A DNA stretch of 64,000 nt from Octopus vulgaris. Its lineage: Eukaryota. This document shows, piece after piece, positions 25,469-38,100 of this stretch. The notes beneath the pieces were generated by a model. It was not told the origin of the DNA. It searched no databases and worked only from the letters and a program-made list of their open reading frames with translations. Every line of letters starts with the position of its first letter. The first letter of the stretch is position 1. The position numbers and the translations under genes are program-made. The DNA lies in NCBI GenBank assembly GCA_951406725.2, contig OX597817.1, forward strand, positions 97,092,001 to 97,156,000, in the 5' to 3' direction.

Positions 25469-26432
25469 GAATTATTTATTGAGCAATTGAAAATTATGCA
25501 ACCTAATGCATATCTGCTTGATTTCAAAGTTGCAGTTCATAAGGCATTTAATTCATCATTCTCTAATTCATCTATTGTGGCCTGTTTGTTTCATTTAAGC
25601 CAATCAATGTTTAAAAAAATTGCAGAATTAGGCCTCAAAGAAAAATACAATACAGACTCTGAATTCTGAGTTAAAATTCGATGTTTTCAGCATTAGCCTT
25701 CCTACCCGTCGATGATGTCAAAGAGGTCTATGAAGAATTAATAGACAATGAAGAAATACCTACAGAATTCATTGCTTATTTCACCTTGACTTACATAGGC
25801 ATTGCGAGAGGATGTGGTGCTAGACAAAGGAGAGAACCACCTACATTCCTGATAGCTGTATGGAATGTTAATCAGCATTCTCTTCAAGATCTCACCAGAA
25901 CAAATAATGCTGCGGAGGGTTTTCATTCTGCAATAAAGTGTTCGGCGGGTGATGTACATATGAATATTTGAAAATTAATCAAAACTCTGAAGGAAGAGGA
26001 AGGATTCAAATCCTTCGAGGAGATCCGTCAAATTCATGTACACGATATCAAAGAATAACTGAACACCTCAAAGATTGTTCATTGAATATGGGTCAACAAG
26101 AAAAATTGATTTTTTGAAAAGTGTGGCATATAATTTGTATCAGTTTTAAGTGATCATAATAAACCATTAGTTATATTTTATTACTTTTTAAAATGACTTT
26201 TTTTAAAATACATTTTTCCACAGTATTTTACTTGAATCCTATCGATAAAATTCTCAATGATTATTTGATTTTCATGTTCACCTTGTTTTCTAAAGTTTAT
26301 TTAAAATTGGACAAAAAGTCACTGGACAAAAAGACGGACAAAAAGATGTGGACAAAGTGACAGATGAACAATCAGGTCACGGTAAATATTTTTGCTTATT
26401 TCTGATGTTCTTGTTTATTTCTTTATATTTAG

Positions 26433-26591
26433 ACCAGTCCATTGAAAATGGTGATGGTGGCAAATCTGACACCACTTTACATGATGGTAACAATCAGAGT
26501 GATGTATTAAAGGAAGATATGAAAGTGTTAACTGGAGACTCTGGTTTAAATCCTGGACAGCATTATTTAATTGTCTCCAAAGATACAGCAG
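26433..26591 (+). CDS. Probable internal host-gene exon (159 bp, phase 1-1), product unknown
   Basis: Polypyrimidine tract + TTTAG| acceptor, open frame (D)QSIENGDGGKSDTTLHDGNNQSDVLKEDMKVLTGDSGLNPGQHYLIVSKDTA(G), and a consensus CAG|GTAAGT donor. No TE motifs. Confidence 0.7.
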
Positions 26592-26799
26592 GTAAGTTGT
26601 TTTACTAATACCAGTAAACTTGTGCCTTCATTTCTTTTGTATCACAAAAGATCACTGCAGGTCGATAGAACATGCATGCACATACACAGATATGCCAGGC
26701 TCTCTGATATATTTCAATCTTTCTGTGTTGAGTATGAAATATACATTGTTTCATTAATGATAAGCCATCTAAGTTAAAACATGCAAATTAAGCTATTTA

Positions 26800-27240
26800 C
26801 TGGTAAATGGTATATGGCCTTGCTCAAAATGTAGGAAAGGAGTTGGAAGAAATTCCATTCACTGTACCCAGTGTAAACTATGGACACATAAGAGGTGTAG
26901 TGGAATCCCAGGTAGATTAACAGATAAAGTCATCTTTGTATGTGGCAGATATGCAGGAACAATAAGCACTAAGAGTACATGGGACTTAGATTCTCTCAAA
27001 TGCCAAGGAAGCTCTTTTGTGGTTGTAGATAGTTTTTGTTACCTAGGTGACCAAATTAGCAATGGTGGAGCATGCGCTGAAAGTATTAATTTCAAGAATA
27101 AGAATAGGGTGGAGGAAGTTCAGAGAGCTATTACCTCTGTTAGCAACAAAAGGACTCTCTGTGAGTGAAAGATGCTTGTGTGAATGGTTATACTCCATAG
27201 TAGTGAGACATGGACTCTGAATGCAGAAGACATGCATAGA
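26800..27240 (+). mobile_element. Old RTE fragment (PHD-like finger and RT C-terminal part)
   Basis: CTQCKLWTHKRC, FVCGR, FCYLGDQ and FRELLPLL. Homologous to 24100-24540. Confidence 0.85.
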
Positions 27241-27369
27241 CAAGGCCCTTCCTAATGACAACTATTCCAAGAGTGTAGTGGGTGCTTTTAGGCGCCACTG
27301 ACATAGGTGCCATTTGCGTGACACCAGTATCTACCACAACTGCGATTTAACTTGGTTTGATGGGTCTAA

Positions 27370-27690
27370 AAATCCTTTGCCTATCTAGATGACATCATAG
27401 CTGGCAAAAACCAATATGAACATAACCTCAGAAGATTTATCCATACAGCAAAAACATTGGGCATCAACAAGGGCAACAACCAATTTTGTCAGAAGCAAAT
27501 CAGCTTCCTCGGACACATCAGAAATTCAGCAATAGAACCCGATCCTAAAAGGTACTAGACTCTACTAGATGAATAAACAACACTGAGAGAACATATTATG
27601 CAAAGTGGATACCTCAGTGCTCCCACCCCACTGTTCTACTTACTAGGACCAGAGAGAATATCAACAAAGCCAGACTGCCAGAAACAAAAA
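27370..27690 (+). mobile_element. Ty3/Gypsy RT fragment
   Basis: FAYLDDIIAGKNQYEHNLRRF and FCQKQISFLGH. Confidence 0.7.
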
Positions 27691-27856
27691 CAGGGCTTAC
27701 AAGCTGGAAGGCTGCACCAGATTCCAGTTTGATTTGGTAAGGCATTGAAACCTTACCAAATCAAACTGGAATCTGTGCAGCCTTCCAGCTTGTAAGCCCT
27801 GGTCAAACTGTCCAACCCATGCTAGCATGGGAAACAGACGTTAAATGATGATGATG
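27691..27856. repeat. RTE 3'-tail fragment forming a hairpin with ~52-bp arms (27691-27801), then a (GAT)n tail
   Basis: CAGGGCTTACAAGCTGGAAGGCTGCAC...TTTGGTAAGG - 8-nt loop - CCTTACCAAA...GTAAGCCCTG. Confidence 0.85.
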
Positions 27857-27984
27857 TTTCTTTCTATGAATTTGTCCATGACATGCTGAAAAATTATGAT
27901 GGCATTGGTACAAACAAAGGGGCGGTGTTTAAACTCATGCAGTTTCCCCCACTGCTTCGAACACTGTCAACTTATAGTCTGGGT

Positions 27985-28960
27985 AGGAGTTCCACCTGGT
28001 GATATGCAGCTATTATATCTATATTTCTGAAAACCTTGTTTACTGTTATTTTATTTAGAAGATCATTGATCCAGGGAGTTGGGTAGGCATCCAGTTGTGT
28101 GTAGATATTTATAGTGTTCTAGTAGATGATTACTAGTCTTTTCTTTCTTCCATTAGATGTCACGAAACATTGAGCTCATCAGGGACTACAGCTCACCTGA
28201 ATTATGTCCTCTGAAAGCAACTTATCTATTTGGTGCTCATTAAACTCTGCACCTTGAAGTTGTTGCAATTGGTTTGAGTTAGTGGTCTTAATGCCTGGAA
28301 GAAGTTCATATGTGGTGCATTTGAAACTTGACATGGACATGCAAAATGACACAGGCTTGCACATACCCTTGAAGTCAATTGTGACTACTGAGCGTTGACT
28401 GAGGATATTGATTCTGATGATCATTGGAACTACAAATTGGTTGGCCATAACGAAATTAACATATATGTTATTTCCCAGTTGCAGTTTGCTCCTGAATTTG
28501 CCTTTAATTTCCAGTACTGTATTGTTGGCCAGCCTAACTTTTCCTGGGCTGGTATAATCATATTGTAATCCCCAGGCTGCAAGAAGATTCACTTCCACAA
28601 ATGTCCTATCAGAACCCATATCTAGAAGGCCTTGTGCATTGTTGCACTTAATCTTAATGAGTACCAGCGATCCCATATCGTTAGTAACTGCTAAAATGAT
28701 GGTTGATAAGCTTCCATCACTGTTTCTCTTTGACTCACTCTCAGGCTCCATGATAACTATTGTTTTAGGGGAGTTTTGTTTGTTTTTTGGTGGCTTTTTG
28801 AGAGGCAGACCATCTCCCAGTGGCTTTTCTTCTGACACCTTCTGTAAGTGGAGTTTCTTACCAGGCATTGATTTTTTTTTATGGATGTCTCCACTACACC
28901 AAAAGCATGTTGATTTTGCAGCTGCAAAAGTAATGGTTGATCATTACCAGATGTGAGTTG
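27985..28960 (-). mobile_element. Ty3/Gypsy gag-protease-RT remnant
   Basis: Knuckle-like CFWC..H..C and RCQKKSHWEMVC, protease GLLDMGSDRTFV, and RT start DIIQVSCSP...LDAYPTP...AYHQV. Confidence 0.8.
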
Positions 28961-29204
28961 TGATGGGTTTGCAAGTGTCCTCAGTAGCCACTTCCATGGT
29001 AGCAGTAGCTCTATCAATGACTTAACTGTTTCTCCAATATCTGATGAGGAATGTTACAGGTACCTAGTGGTGGTTAAAAACTTATCTTACAATGGCACCT
29101 GTAACAAGACATGTCACTAAAGAAAATTACATTTATTTATAGACATCTCTATCTATCTATCTATCTGTCTGTCTGTCTGTCTGTCTGTCTGCATGGACAG
29201 ACGC

Positions 29205-32200
29205 TAGTCAAATGGGCTCCACGTAAGTTGGCCACTTTTACATGTTTAAAACTCCTTGTTGTCAAATATTTTGTTTTTAATCGTTGTGCAAGATCATTCA
29301 CTAAAAAACCTGAGAATTATTCACATAGAATTCCGCCCCTGTATGGGCGAAATTACCAAAAGTTTCAAAATTTTCGTGGGTTCTTTTTAGCCTTTTTTCA
29401 TTTTGAAAATGGCAACTGGAAACCACGTGGCTAGCTCGCCAGTCTTGCGGAACGGTAGCGAAACACTATTGATGCTATTAGCTGCTAAACCTCGCAGCTT
29501 GAACACCACTGTCACCACCACCACCACCAACAACAACAAAACTAACGTTGAGAGACCATTCACCATCGCCACCACCAAAGACATTAACTTAGATTTTCCC
29601 CCACTCCCTACACCACTTATCGATGAAAGAAGGACAGAGAAAGGGATTTCAAAAACGAATACAAACACAAACATGAATCCCAGTACCACCACCATCACTA
29701 CCAACAACAACAACAACAACGAAATCAGCACAAAGCCGCCTACTGAAGACAACACTGCCAACACCAACACCACTACCACGACTTCAACGAACTCCACTGC
29801 CACTAACACCATCAAAAATAGAACTAACTTCACGGAAGCCATAAAACAAAAAGGACAATCGTAAAATTCACCGCACAGGAAATAAACCTCACAAAGGCAC
29901 TTTTCACCAAAGAAGGAGATAAATTGCATCTTCACATTCCACAACACATTGTGGAAAACACACACAAAAAAACCAATAATATACAAAGTCATCAACAAGA
30001 AGACAAGACGACCAGAAAATGCACCGCAGGGAAAAATTGAAAAATGCCTTAGGAGTATGTTAGTTGGGGACATAAATTTAGCACAGTCCAAGTACGTTTC
30101 CTCAATGAAAATCTTGCAAAATGATTTTCCACATTGGAGCTGCATTCAGATGATTTGGTAATGATACCAACTTATTTAGGCCAGAGGGTGATGAAAGTCC
30201 AAATAAAAAATGTACCACCTGAAGTCGAAATACAATGGTTAGTCTCTGCCATCTGCTTTGAAATGGCAGAGACAAACATTCTTGAAATCGCTATTCTAGA
30301 ACAAAAAAACTGGGTGGGAAAATCAATCCAATTCCTCCTTCAATTGGATGAAACAACAAGAGAAAAGATACCCACCACTATAGAACTGCCAGAAGGCTAC
30401 AAACTCTATGTAATGGTAGAGGGCAGGTGACCATGTTGCTATTTGTGCGGAAGCGAAACATATTTGAAAAAGAAGTGTCCAACCACTGCACAACAAGAGC
30501 AACAACAACCACTACCACAACAAAAAACACTCCAAGAAAAAAGCACTACTACCCACACCACCATCAACACAGAAGACGACAAGAGAAGCACACTAAGCTA
30601 ATCCATCAACAACCAAAAATAATACAATACCTGATAAAATATCAACACCACCAACAACAGCAAGAACTAAAGGAACAGAAAAACAAAAAAATATACAAAA
30701 ACTGATTCCCCATCCCCTATACCGCACTCACCACACACAAACACTCAACAACCAACAGCAACGAAAACAACACAACCACTTACACAGACATACATAGAAG
30801 CCTACAACATACTCCTACCCCCTTCTGATTCCTCAGAAAATTCATCGGAAGACGAAACCAGCGAGGAATGGCAAATAGCTAGAAAAGGAAGGAAAAAAAA
30901 AGAGCAGAAACACAACCAAACCAAATGCAAACACAAACAAAGCAGGGAGAAATACATCTCCCGAAGACATTTCGAAACCCACCACAAACAACAGCCACAC
31001 CAACACCACAAAAATATATACAGCAAACATGCTCACAGCTATAGACACCAAAAACACAAATTTGATGGAATACATCAAATCAAAAGCAAACATCACAGAA
31101 GATGATATAAAAACAAACAATCACCCATACACAACACCACCGGATCACATCAAAATACTATATACCTCCAGAAGTCTGCACCACACACTAAAAGGCTTTT
31201 TTTTCCCAGTGCAGTTGGTAAATGCCAAAAATACCTCACGAAGAAACTTTACTGGGATCTCCTCGAGGACAAACCAAAGGAGGAGAAAGCAAAAACTGTC
31301 GAGCAGTAAGTAACCCTCTGTTCCTTTCGCTTGTATTTTAATTCACTAGGATTATGATCAAGATTGGTTGTGTAATTGCACGTGGCTTGGGGTCCCCTTG
31401 GAAACAAGGGTACCTCTTAAATGACATAAAGTCACACAAGTTAGAAATCATAGCCATAAGTGAGACCAGACACCACAATCCGCAAGCCCTAAAGACCATG
31501 TTTGGCGGACAGTTCAACATTTATTTTCCCCCCTGTCTGCCAAGAATGGGCGGTAGTGGCACCGCAGTACTTTTTCGCAGTAGTCTGGATCTCAAAGTAA
31601 CGACAATATTCGTAGACCCGGAGGGTAGACTGGTCATCCTGGATGTTGACGGCAGCAATGGGTGCGCTTTTCGACTCGTATCAGTCTACGCACTAACTTT
31701 AACAGGTCAGGTGGATTTCTTTCAACATCTAGAAGTATTCTTGGGAACGTCTCGTCCTTTACTCTTAGTGGGGGATTGGAATGCTACCTTGGACATGCAT
31801 GTTGACTCCGTGGGCAGAGATAGGAATAGACAGGGATGCAAATGCCTCAGAGACCTGCTCAGACGCTTTCAACTGTCTGACAGGTACCGACTCGACCACC
31901 CGAATGCGCCAACATGGACATGAAACAACTGCATCGGGTTGTCGAGATCGTATCTAGATAGGATACTTTGTAGGACAGTAGATAGAGATAGCGTAGGATG
32001 TCCACAATTCCACATAGTCAGCTACACAGATCACAAACTTGTGACATGTATGCTAGACTTAGGTAAGACACAGGCAGGGTCCCGGATACTGGAAACTAAA
32101 CGCGTCTTTCCCATCGAGACAGGTTTTCTGAGACCGGATTAGCACACTAGTAAAGAGGGCTTTGACGGGAGCCATCATCAACAAATGGTGGTTTTCCCTC

Positions 32201-33735
32201 AAGAGAGCAGTAAAAGTAGAAGCGATTAGGTACAGCAAAGCACTAGCCATAGATAGAAACAGAGTAGAGGGGGAGCTAGTTAAGAAGCAAGAAGAGGCAA
32301 TTAGAAGTGGCATTGCATCTGACGTTTTGGCGGCGAGGTTGGCCCTCGACCAATACTTGTCAGAGCTAGGATGCGTGCCCAATGGAATGAAGGTGTTGGA
32401 GCCACGCAAGAGGCCTGAGTGGCAGAGGCGCAACAGGGCAACAAATCCACCATTCGGTCTCTGGTAGATGAACAGGGGCGCGAATTGCTCGAGCCAAGTA
32501 AAATGTGTGAGGCCTTTCAACAGCATTTTGCCCGACTGTTCAGGACGAGTGGCAGGCAAGAACGTAGGGTAGACTTCAGTGCCTACCTACACAACCTACC
32601 ACGACTCTCAACAAGAGAGGCAGGGCACTGCGAAGGTGCCATCACGGCGGCGGAAGTTCAGGACGTGATGGCAGAATGCTCGAGCGACACGAAATTTACA
32701 GTTGTATGCCAGACTTGTTTGGAGACGTCTTGGCAGCAGTGTACTGCAACTGGCAGCAAAACGGGAGCATTCCTGGTTTTGTGAGCCGAGGAGACGTAAC
32801 ACTGCTGAAGAAAGATCTAAACGAGGGGGATGTAATAGATCACTTTAGGCCCATCACTCTGCTTAATGCAGACTTGAAAATTTTGGCCAAGGTGTTAGCC
32901 AAGAGGTTGGCGCTTGTCATCGAGAAACTGGTCGACAAAGTGCAAATGTGTGCCGTGCTGGGCCGGAGCATCCATGACAACCTCCACCTGATGCGCTACA
33001 TCATAGACAGGGTAGTTAAGGAACCTGGCATGGGTGGGGCGCTGATCAATTTGGATCAATCGAAAGCTTTCGATAGGGCAGACCATTGATACTTGGAGGC
33101 TGTCCTCAGAGCGGCTGGTTTTGGTCCAGTCTTCCGCGGCTGGATAGCCGCTTTGTACAGAGGTATCCATTCGGTAATTCGCGTAAATGGACATCTATTG
33201 AGACCTTTCGACATTGCACATTCGGTCCGTCAAGGATGCCCCTCTCGTTGCTTCTCTACGTATTGACTCTTGAGTCATTATTGCGGAAGCTGGCAGCTCT
33301 GAGGGGCATCCTGTGAGAATTGGGATGCGGGATGAGCGTGTCTGCATACGCGGACGACGTCACCGTCATAGTGTCTAGCCATGAGCATATCGAGCTGGTT
33401 GGCGAGACACTGAAAGACTACGAAGCGGTGACAGGAGCAAAAATCACCGGGAAAAATTAGTGGGCTTGCGACTCGGCACCTGGAGAAGCAAGCCCATGCT
33501 GTCCACCAGCGCCTCCGTCGTCGGACGCTGAGCCAACGGTCCGGTCGAGTTGCTCGGGCTCTGGTTTGGTCCGGACCTCCAAATGGAGAAAGACTAGGAA
33601 TGAGATAACGTGTAGGGTGGTCACTCTCGCCCGGCAATGAAGGAAACGAAGGAAACTGTCCCTAAAAAGTCGGGCGGAGGTGGCAAACTTGTACACCGAG
33701 TTCATCTTCTACTACCGCCTGACCGTCGTACCTTG
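29205..33735 (+). mobile_element. Tx1/L1-clade LINE with ORF1 and ORF2 (APE + RT), degenerate and 3'-truncated
   Basis: ORF1 from about 29409 is T/N-rich with a CYLCG..C knuckle near 30435. ORF2 from 31354 has IIAISET, LVGDWN, YLDRI, TDHKLV, RPITLLNADLKILAK, LDQSKAFDR, SVRQGCP and AYADDV. Confidence 0.9.
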
Positions 33736-33943
33736 ATCGAAATTGCAAGAGACAGGCCTACAATTCCAGTCTGTTATATATTTTGAGTATTGTTATCACT
33801 AGCGACATCAAGATATAACTTTGTATTTTGTATTTTATGTGTAGATGTATATATATAGATGTACATGTAATATGTACACATATATATACACATATATACA
33901 TGCACTAGCACTATGACCCGGCAACAACGGGTCATAATGCTAG
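33736..33943 (+). mobile_element. Helitron-like 3' end (hairpin + CTAG), copy 2. A possible 5' end lies at 29146-29200
   Basis: 33811-33943 matches 18871-19004. Palindromic ACTAGCA..TGACCCG..CGGGTCA..TGCTAG|T. A|TC start with (TCTA)n(TCTG)n at 29146. Confidence 0.65.
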
Positions 33944-34663
33944 TTTATTTATAAAATTATTCTAAGTTTTATATCTCTATAAATTCATACATAGCTTATA
34001 TAGAATTATACTGATATATTCACTACTTATAAAAAAACTGCTTAGATTAAAATTTTATTAATATATAATTAGCATGTTCTATTACCTCAATACTCCTTTA
34101 TTAATACCAGTAAATATCATTTAATCAATATTCACAAATACCATCTGATGAGCTAGTATTTAAGTATACAATATGTAGAAATATTAAAATATTTCTATAT
34201 AATTTCTTTTCCTCTCTCTATTGTAGTAAAAGTTTGGGATCTTTTCCTTTTGAACGGCACTTTTTAACATAATTTCTAGGTAACTAAAAAGTTTTAAACT
34301 TCGTATACTGGTAGAATGTGTTTATAAAACATCATTTTCTCTTGGTTTTATTGAGAAATTTCTATAGTTTGCAAGATATTTCGTCTGAAATTTCGAGCAT
34401 TTCGGCTATTTTAACCAATCGATTACCTCCATTGAGCTAAAATCATTTGCTGCGTCTAAAACTGAAACATCCTGTCATTAACCCTAACCCTAAATTTTTT
34501 TTTTCTTCTTTGTTAAATTAATTTAATTGTTACGCACATGCGTAACAATTAAATTAATTTAACAAATAATAAAAAAAAAATTAGGGTTAGGGTGAGGTTT
34601 AGGGTTAGTGACAGGATGTTGTCTCAGTTTTAGACGCAGCAAATTATTTTAGCTCAATTGAGG

Positions 34664-35044
34664 AAGCACTCCGTCGGTTACTACGACGAGGGTTCCGGTT
34701 GATCTGAATCAACGGAACAGCCTGCTCGTGAAATTAACGTGTAAGTGGCTGAACACTCCACAGACACGTGCACCCTTAACGTAGTTCTCGGGGATATTCA
34801 GCGTGACACAGAGAGTGACAAGGCCAGCCCCTTGAAATACAGGTACAACAGAAACAGGAAGTAAGAGTGAGAGAAAGTTGTGGTGAAAGAGTACAGCAGG
34901 GATCACCACCATCCCCTGCCAGAGCCGCGTGGAGCTTTTAGGTGTTTTTGCTCAATAAACACTCACAACGCCCGGTCTGGGAATCGAAACCGCGATCCTA
35001 TGACAGCGAGTCCGCTGCCCTAACCACTGGGCCATTGCGCCTCC
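34664..35044 (-). mobile_element. Full-length tRNA-derived SINE
   Basis: Minus strand begins GGAGGCGCAATGGCCCAGTGG (A box)...GGTTTCGATTCCC (B box). Flanked by TTAGCTCAATT(A)GAGG direct repeats. Same head as 53334. Confidence 0.88.
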
Positions 35045-35137
35045 ACACGCAATTAGCTCAATTAGAGGCGATTCATTGGTTAAAATTCCAAAAATTAAAC
35101 TATGTTAAACAAACGAATTACAATTTTATCAAGAAAG

Positions 35138-38100
35138 TAATTGAGGTAATCAGAGTATGCGACAGAATACTTAAGATTAGATTAGCGCTTCATCATAGTT
35201 TAGCAACCATTATATCAGCCTATGCTCCTCAGTCGGGGCTACCTGATGGACAGAAAGACCGATTCTATGACACTCTACTGCAGACTACCTCGTTGACGGA
35301 CGACAGAGACCTTCTCTTTGTGGCTGGTGACTTCAATGGTCACGTTGGACGACATGCTGGGGGCTTCCATGGCATACATGGAGGCTATGGCTTTGGTTCC
35401 CGCAACGAGGAGGGAACCAGGCTGCTGGAGTTCTGCGATGCAAATAATCTTATGATTTTCAACACTAACTTCAGGAAACCTACCAGCCACCTAGTCACCT
35501 ACCGATCGGGCCAACATACCAGCCAAATTGACTACATCCTTGCCAGGCAAAGGGAGAGATGGCTACTTATAAATGCCAAAACCTTCCCAGGCGAAGAATG
35601 TACCCCACAACATAGACTGGTAGTTAGTGACTTTAGGATCAGGACTAGGAGGACAACCAGAAGACGACCAACATGGAGAAGAAGGATCTGGAAGCTTAAA
35701 GATCCTGCGAATGGACAGAGATTTAGAGACATGCTACTTGAAGCCTTTGACGAAGTAGAAGGGGATAGAGTATCACATGGGGTAGAGGGCAACTGGAGGT
35801 TTCTAAGGGACAACCTGCTGAGAGCCACTGACCAGATCTGTGGCTGGTGCAAAATCCCCTCTCGTCCCAAGGTAACGTGGTGGTGGAACAGTGTTGTAGA
35901 CAGGGCTATTAGAGAAAAGAGACAGACTTGGAAGCACTGGAAGAATGGTGGTAGCAGGGAATTGTATCAAACTGCTAAAAGGGAAGCCAGGAAACAGGTC
36001 TATCTAGCCAGAGGGGAAGCAGATAAGAAAAAATTTGCCAATGTTCTGCGCTGTGAGGACCAAAGACTGGAGGTGTTTCGCGTTGCAAGACAGTGTGTGA
36101 GAGAGAATTGTGATGTGGTAGGAGAGAAGTGTGTTCGCATGGAAAATGGTTCACTTGCGCTAAACGAGGATGCAAAGAGAGAGGCTTGGAGACGCCACTA
36201 TGAAAGGTTGCTGAATAAAGAAAATGAATGGGATAAAGAGAGTCTGCCGAACGTTGACCCAACAGAGGGACCAGCTATCAGGGTTGATAGTTCCTTGGTA
36301 GCTAAGGCAATTAGAAGCATGAAGACAGGGAAAGCCCCAGGCCCATCAGGTATCACTGCAGAGATGCTCAAAATATCTGGTAGTGTCGGCTATAGCCTAG
36401 TCACCTGTATAGTTAATCAGGTGATACATGAAGGAGTCATACCCAATGACTGGTGTAGCAGCATAATAGTCAACTGCTACAAAGGTAAAGGTGACGCCCT
36501 AGATACAAATAATTACAGAGGTATCAAGCTGTTGGATCAGGTGATGAAGGTTACAGAGAGGGTCATAAGCCAACTAATTAGAGAGAGAGTTAGTTTAGAT
36601 GAGATGCAGTTTGGGTTCGTGCCAGGGAAAAGTACCACTGATGCTATATTCCTGGTAAGGCAGCTGCAGGAGAAATACCTAGCCAAAGATAAGCCCCTGT
36701 ACCTGGCTTTTGTTGACACGGAGAAAGCCTTCGACAGGGTACCCCGATCCCTCATCTGGTGGTCAATGAGGAAACTAGGAATAGATGAATGGTTAGTGAG
36801 AGCTGTGCAAGCCATGTACAGGGACGCTGCTAGTAAGGTGAGGGTTGGCAACGAGTACAGTGAAGAATTCCGGGTAGAGGTAGGGGTCCACCAAGGCTCA
36901 GTCCTCAGCCCCCTCCTATTTATCATAGTCCTCCAGGCAATAACAGAGGAATTCAAGACAGGATGCCCTTGGGAGCTCCTCTATGCTGATGACCTTGCTC
37001 TAATTGCTGAGTCACTATCAGAACTGGAGAAGAAGTTTCAGGTGTGGAAGTAAGGTTTAGAATCGAAGGGCCTTAGAGTCAATCTAGCTAAAACCAAAGT
37101 CGTAATAAGTAGGAAGGTAGACAAATCACAAACGCCTTCAGGTAGATGGCCCTGCTCGATCTGTAGAAAAGGTGTAAGTAGAAACTCTATAAGATGCACC
37201 AAGTGTAAGCTATGGACACATAAGAGGTGCAGCAAGGAAGGCTAACTAGGAAGATGGTTTTTGTATGTGGCAGATGCTCGGGAGCATTAACCTCTGAAAA
37301 TCTGCAGAAAACAACTTCCGTCACTTTCCAGGGGGAAAAACTAGAAGTAGTTGATAGCTTCCGTTATCTTGGTGACCAAGTCAGTAGTGGGGGTGGGTGT
37401 GCTGAAAGTGTAATGGCTAGAGTAAGAATAGCCTGGGCAAAGTTTAGGGAGCTCTTACCCCTGTTGGTGACCAAAGGCCTCTCGCTCAGAGTAAAAGGCA
37501 GACTGTATGATGCATGTGTACGAACAGCCATGCTACGTGGCAGTGAAACATGGGCCGTGACTGCTGAGCACATGCTTAAGCTCGCGAGAAATGAAGCCAG
37601 TATGCTCTGATGGATGTGTAATGTCAGTGTGCATGCTCGACAGAGCGTTAGTACCCTGAGAGAAATGTTGGACCTAAGGAGCATCAGTTGTGGTGTGCAA
37701 GAGAGACGATTGCGCTGGTATGGTCATGTGGCGAGAATGGATGAAGATTGGTGTGTGAAAAAGTGCCAATCCCTAACAGTGGAGGGAACCCGTGGAAGAG
37801 GTAGACCCAGGAAAACTTGGGACGAGGTGGTGAAGCACGACCTTTGAACTTTAGGTCTCACTGAGGAAATGACCAGCGACCGAGACCTTTGGAAATATGC
37901 TGTACGTGAAAAGACCAGGCAGGACAAGTGAGTCCAGCCCACTTATGCATGCCTTTCCTCCCTTGGACACACAATGACCTGTTGAGGCAAGCGAAGTCGA
38001 TATCGAACCTCATCCGACGACAGGCACCTATGCCTACCCCCCTTTGCTTGCGAAGACCTGTTGAGGCAAGTGAAATCGGAATCGAAATTGAACCAATCCT

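Larger units (their letters stand above)
22192..26381 (+). mobile_element. Mutator (MULE) DNA transposon with FLYWCH + MULE transposase, both TIRs and 9-bp TSD, interrupted by a Helitron and an RTE
   Basis: Coding 22838-26150 with YWRYEKR (FLYWCH-like), WACDRMFKIVP..FQLFNIH, LLDFK, ACLFHLSQ and RTNNAAEGFH. The TIRs are built from GGACAAAAAG units. TSD is GTAGATATT (22183-22191) / GTAAATATT (26382-26390). Confidence 0.92.

Noticed and set aside
29387-30145. 252-aa Val/Leu-rich membrane-like ORF
   Set aside because: It is the antisense shadow of the ACC/AAC-rich Tx1 ORF1.
34145-34190. Hammerhead candidate CTGATGAG...GAAA
   Set aside because: No convincing stems I or III and no adjacent PLE coding sequence.
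34942-37053. 703-aa ORF as a novel fusion gene
   Set aside because: The first ~65 codons are chance read-through from a GTG in antisense SINE and foldback DNA into a 5'-truncated RTE.
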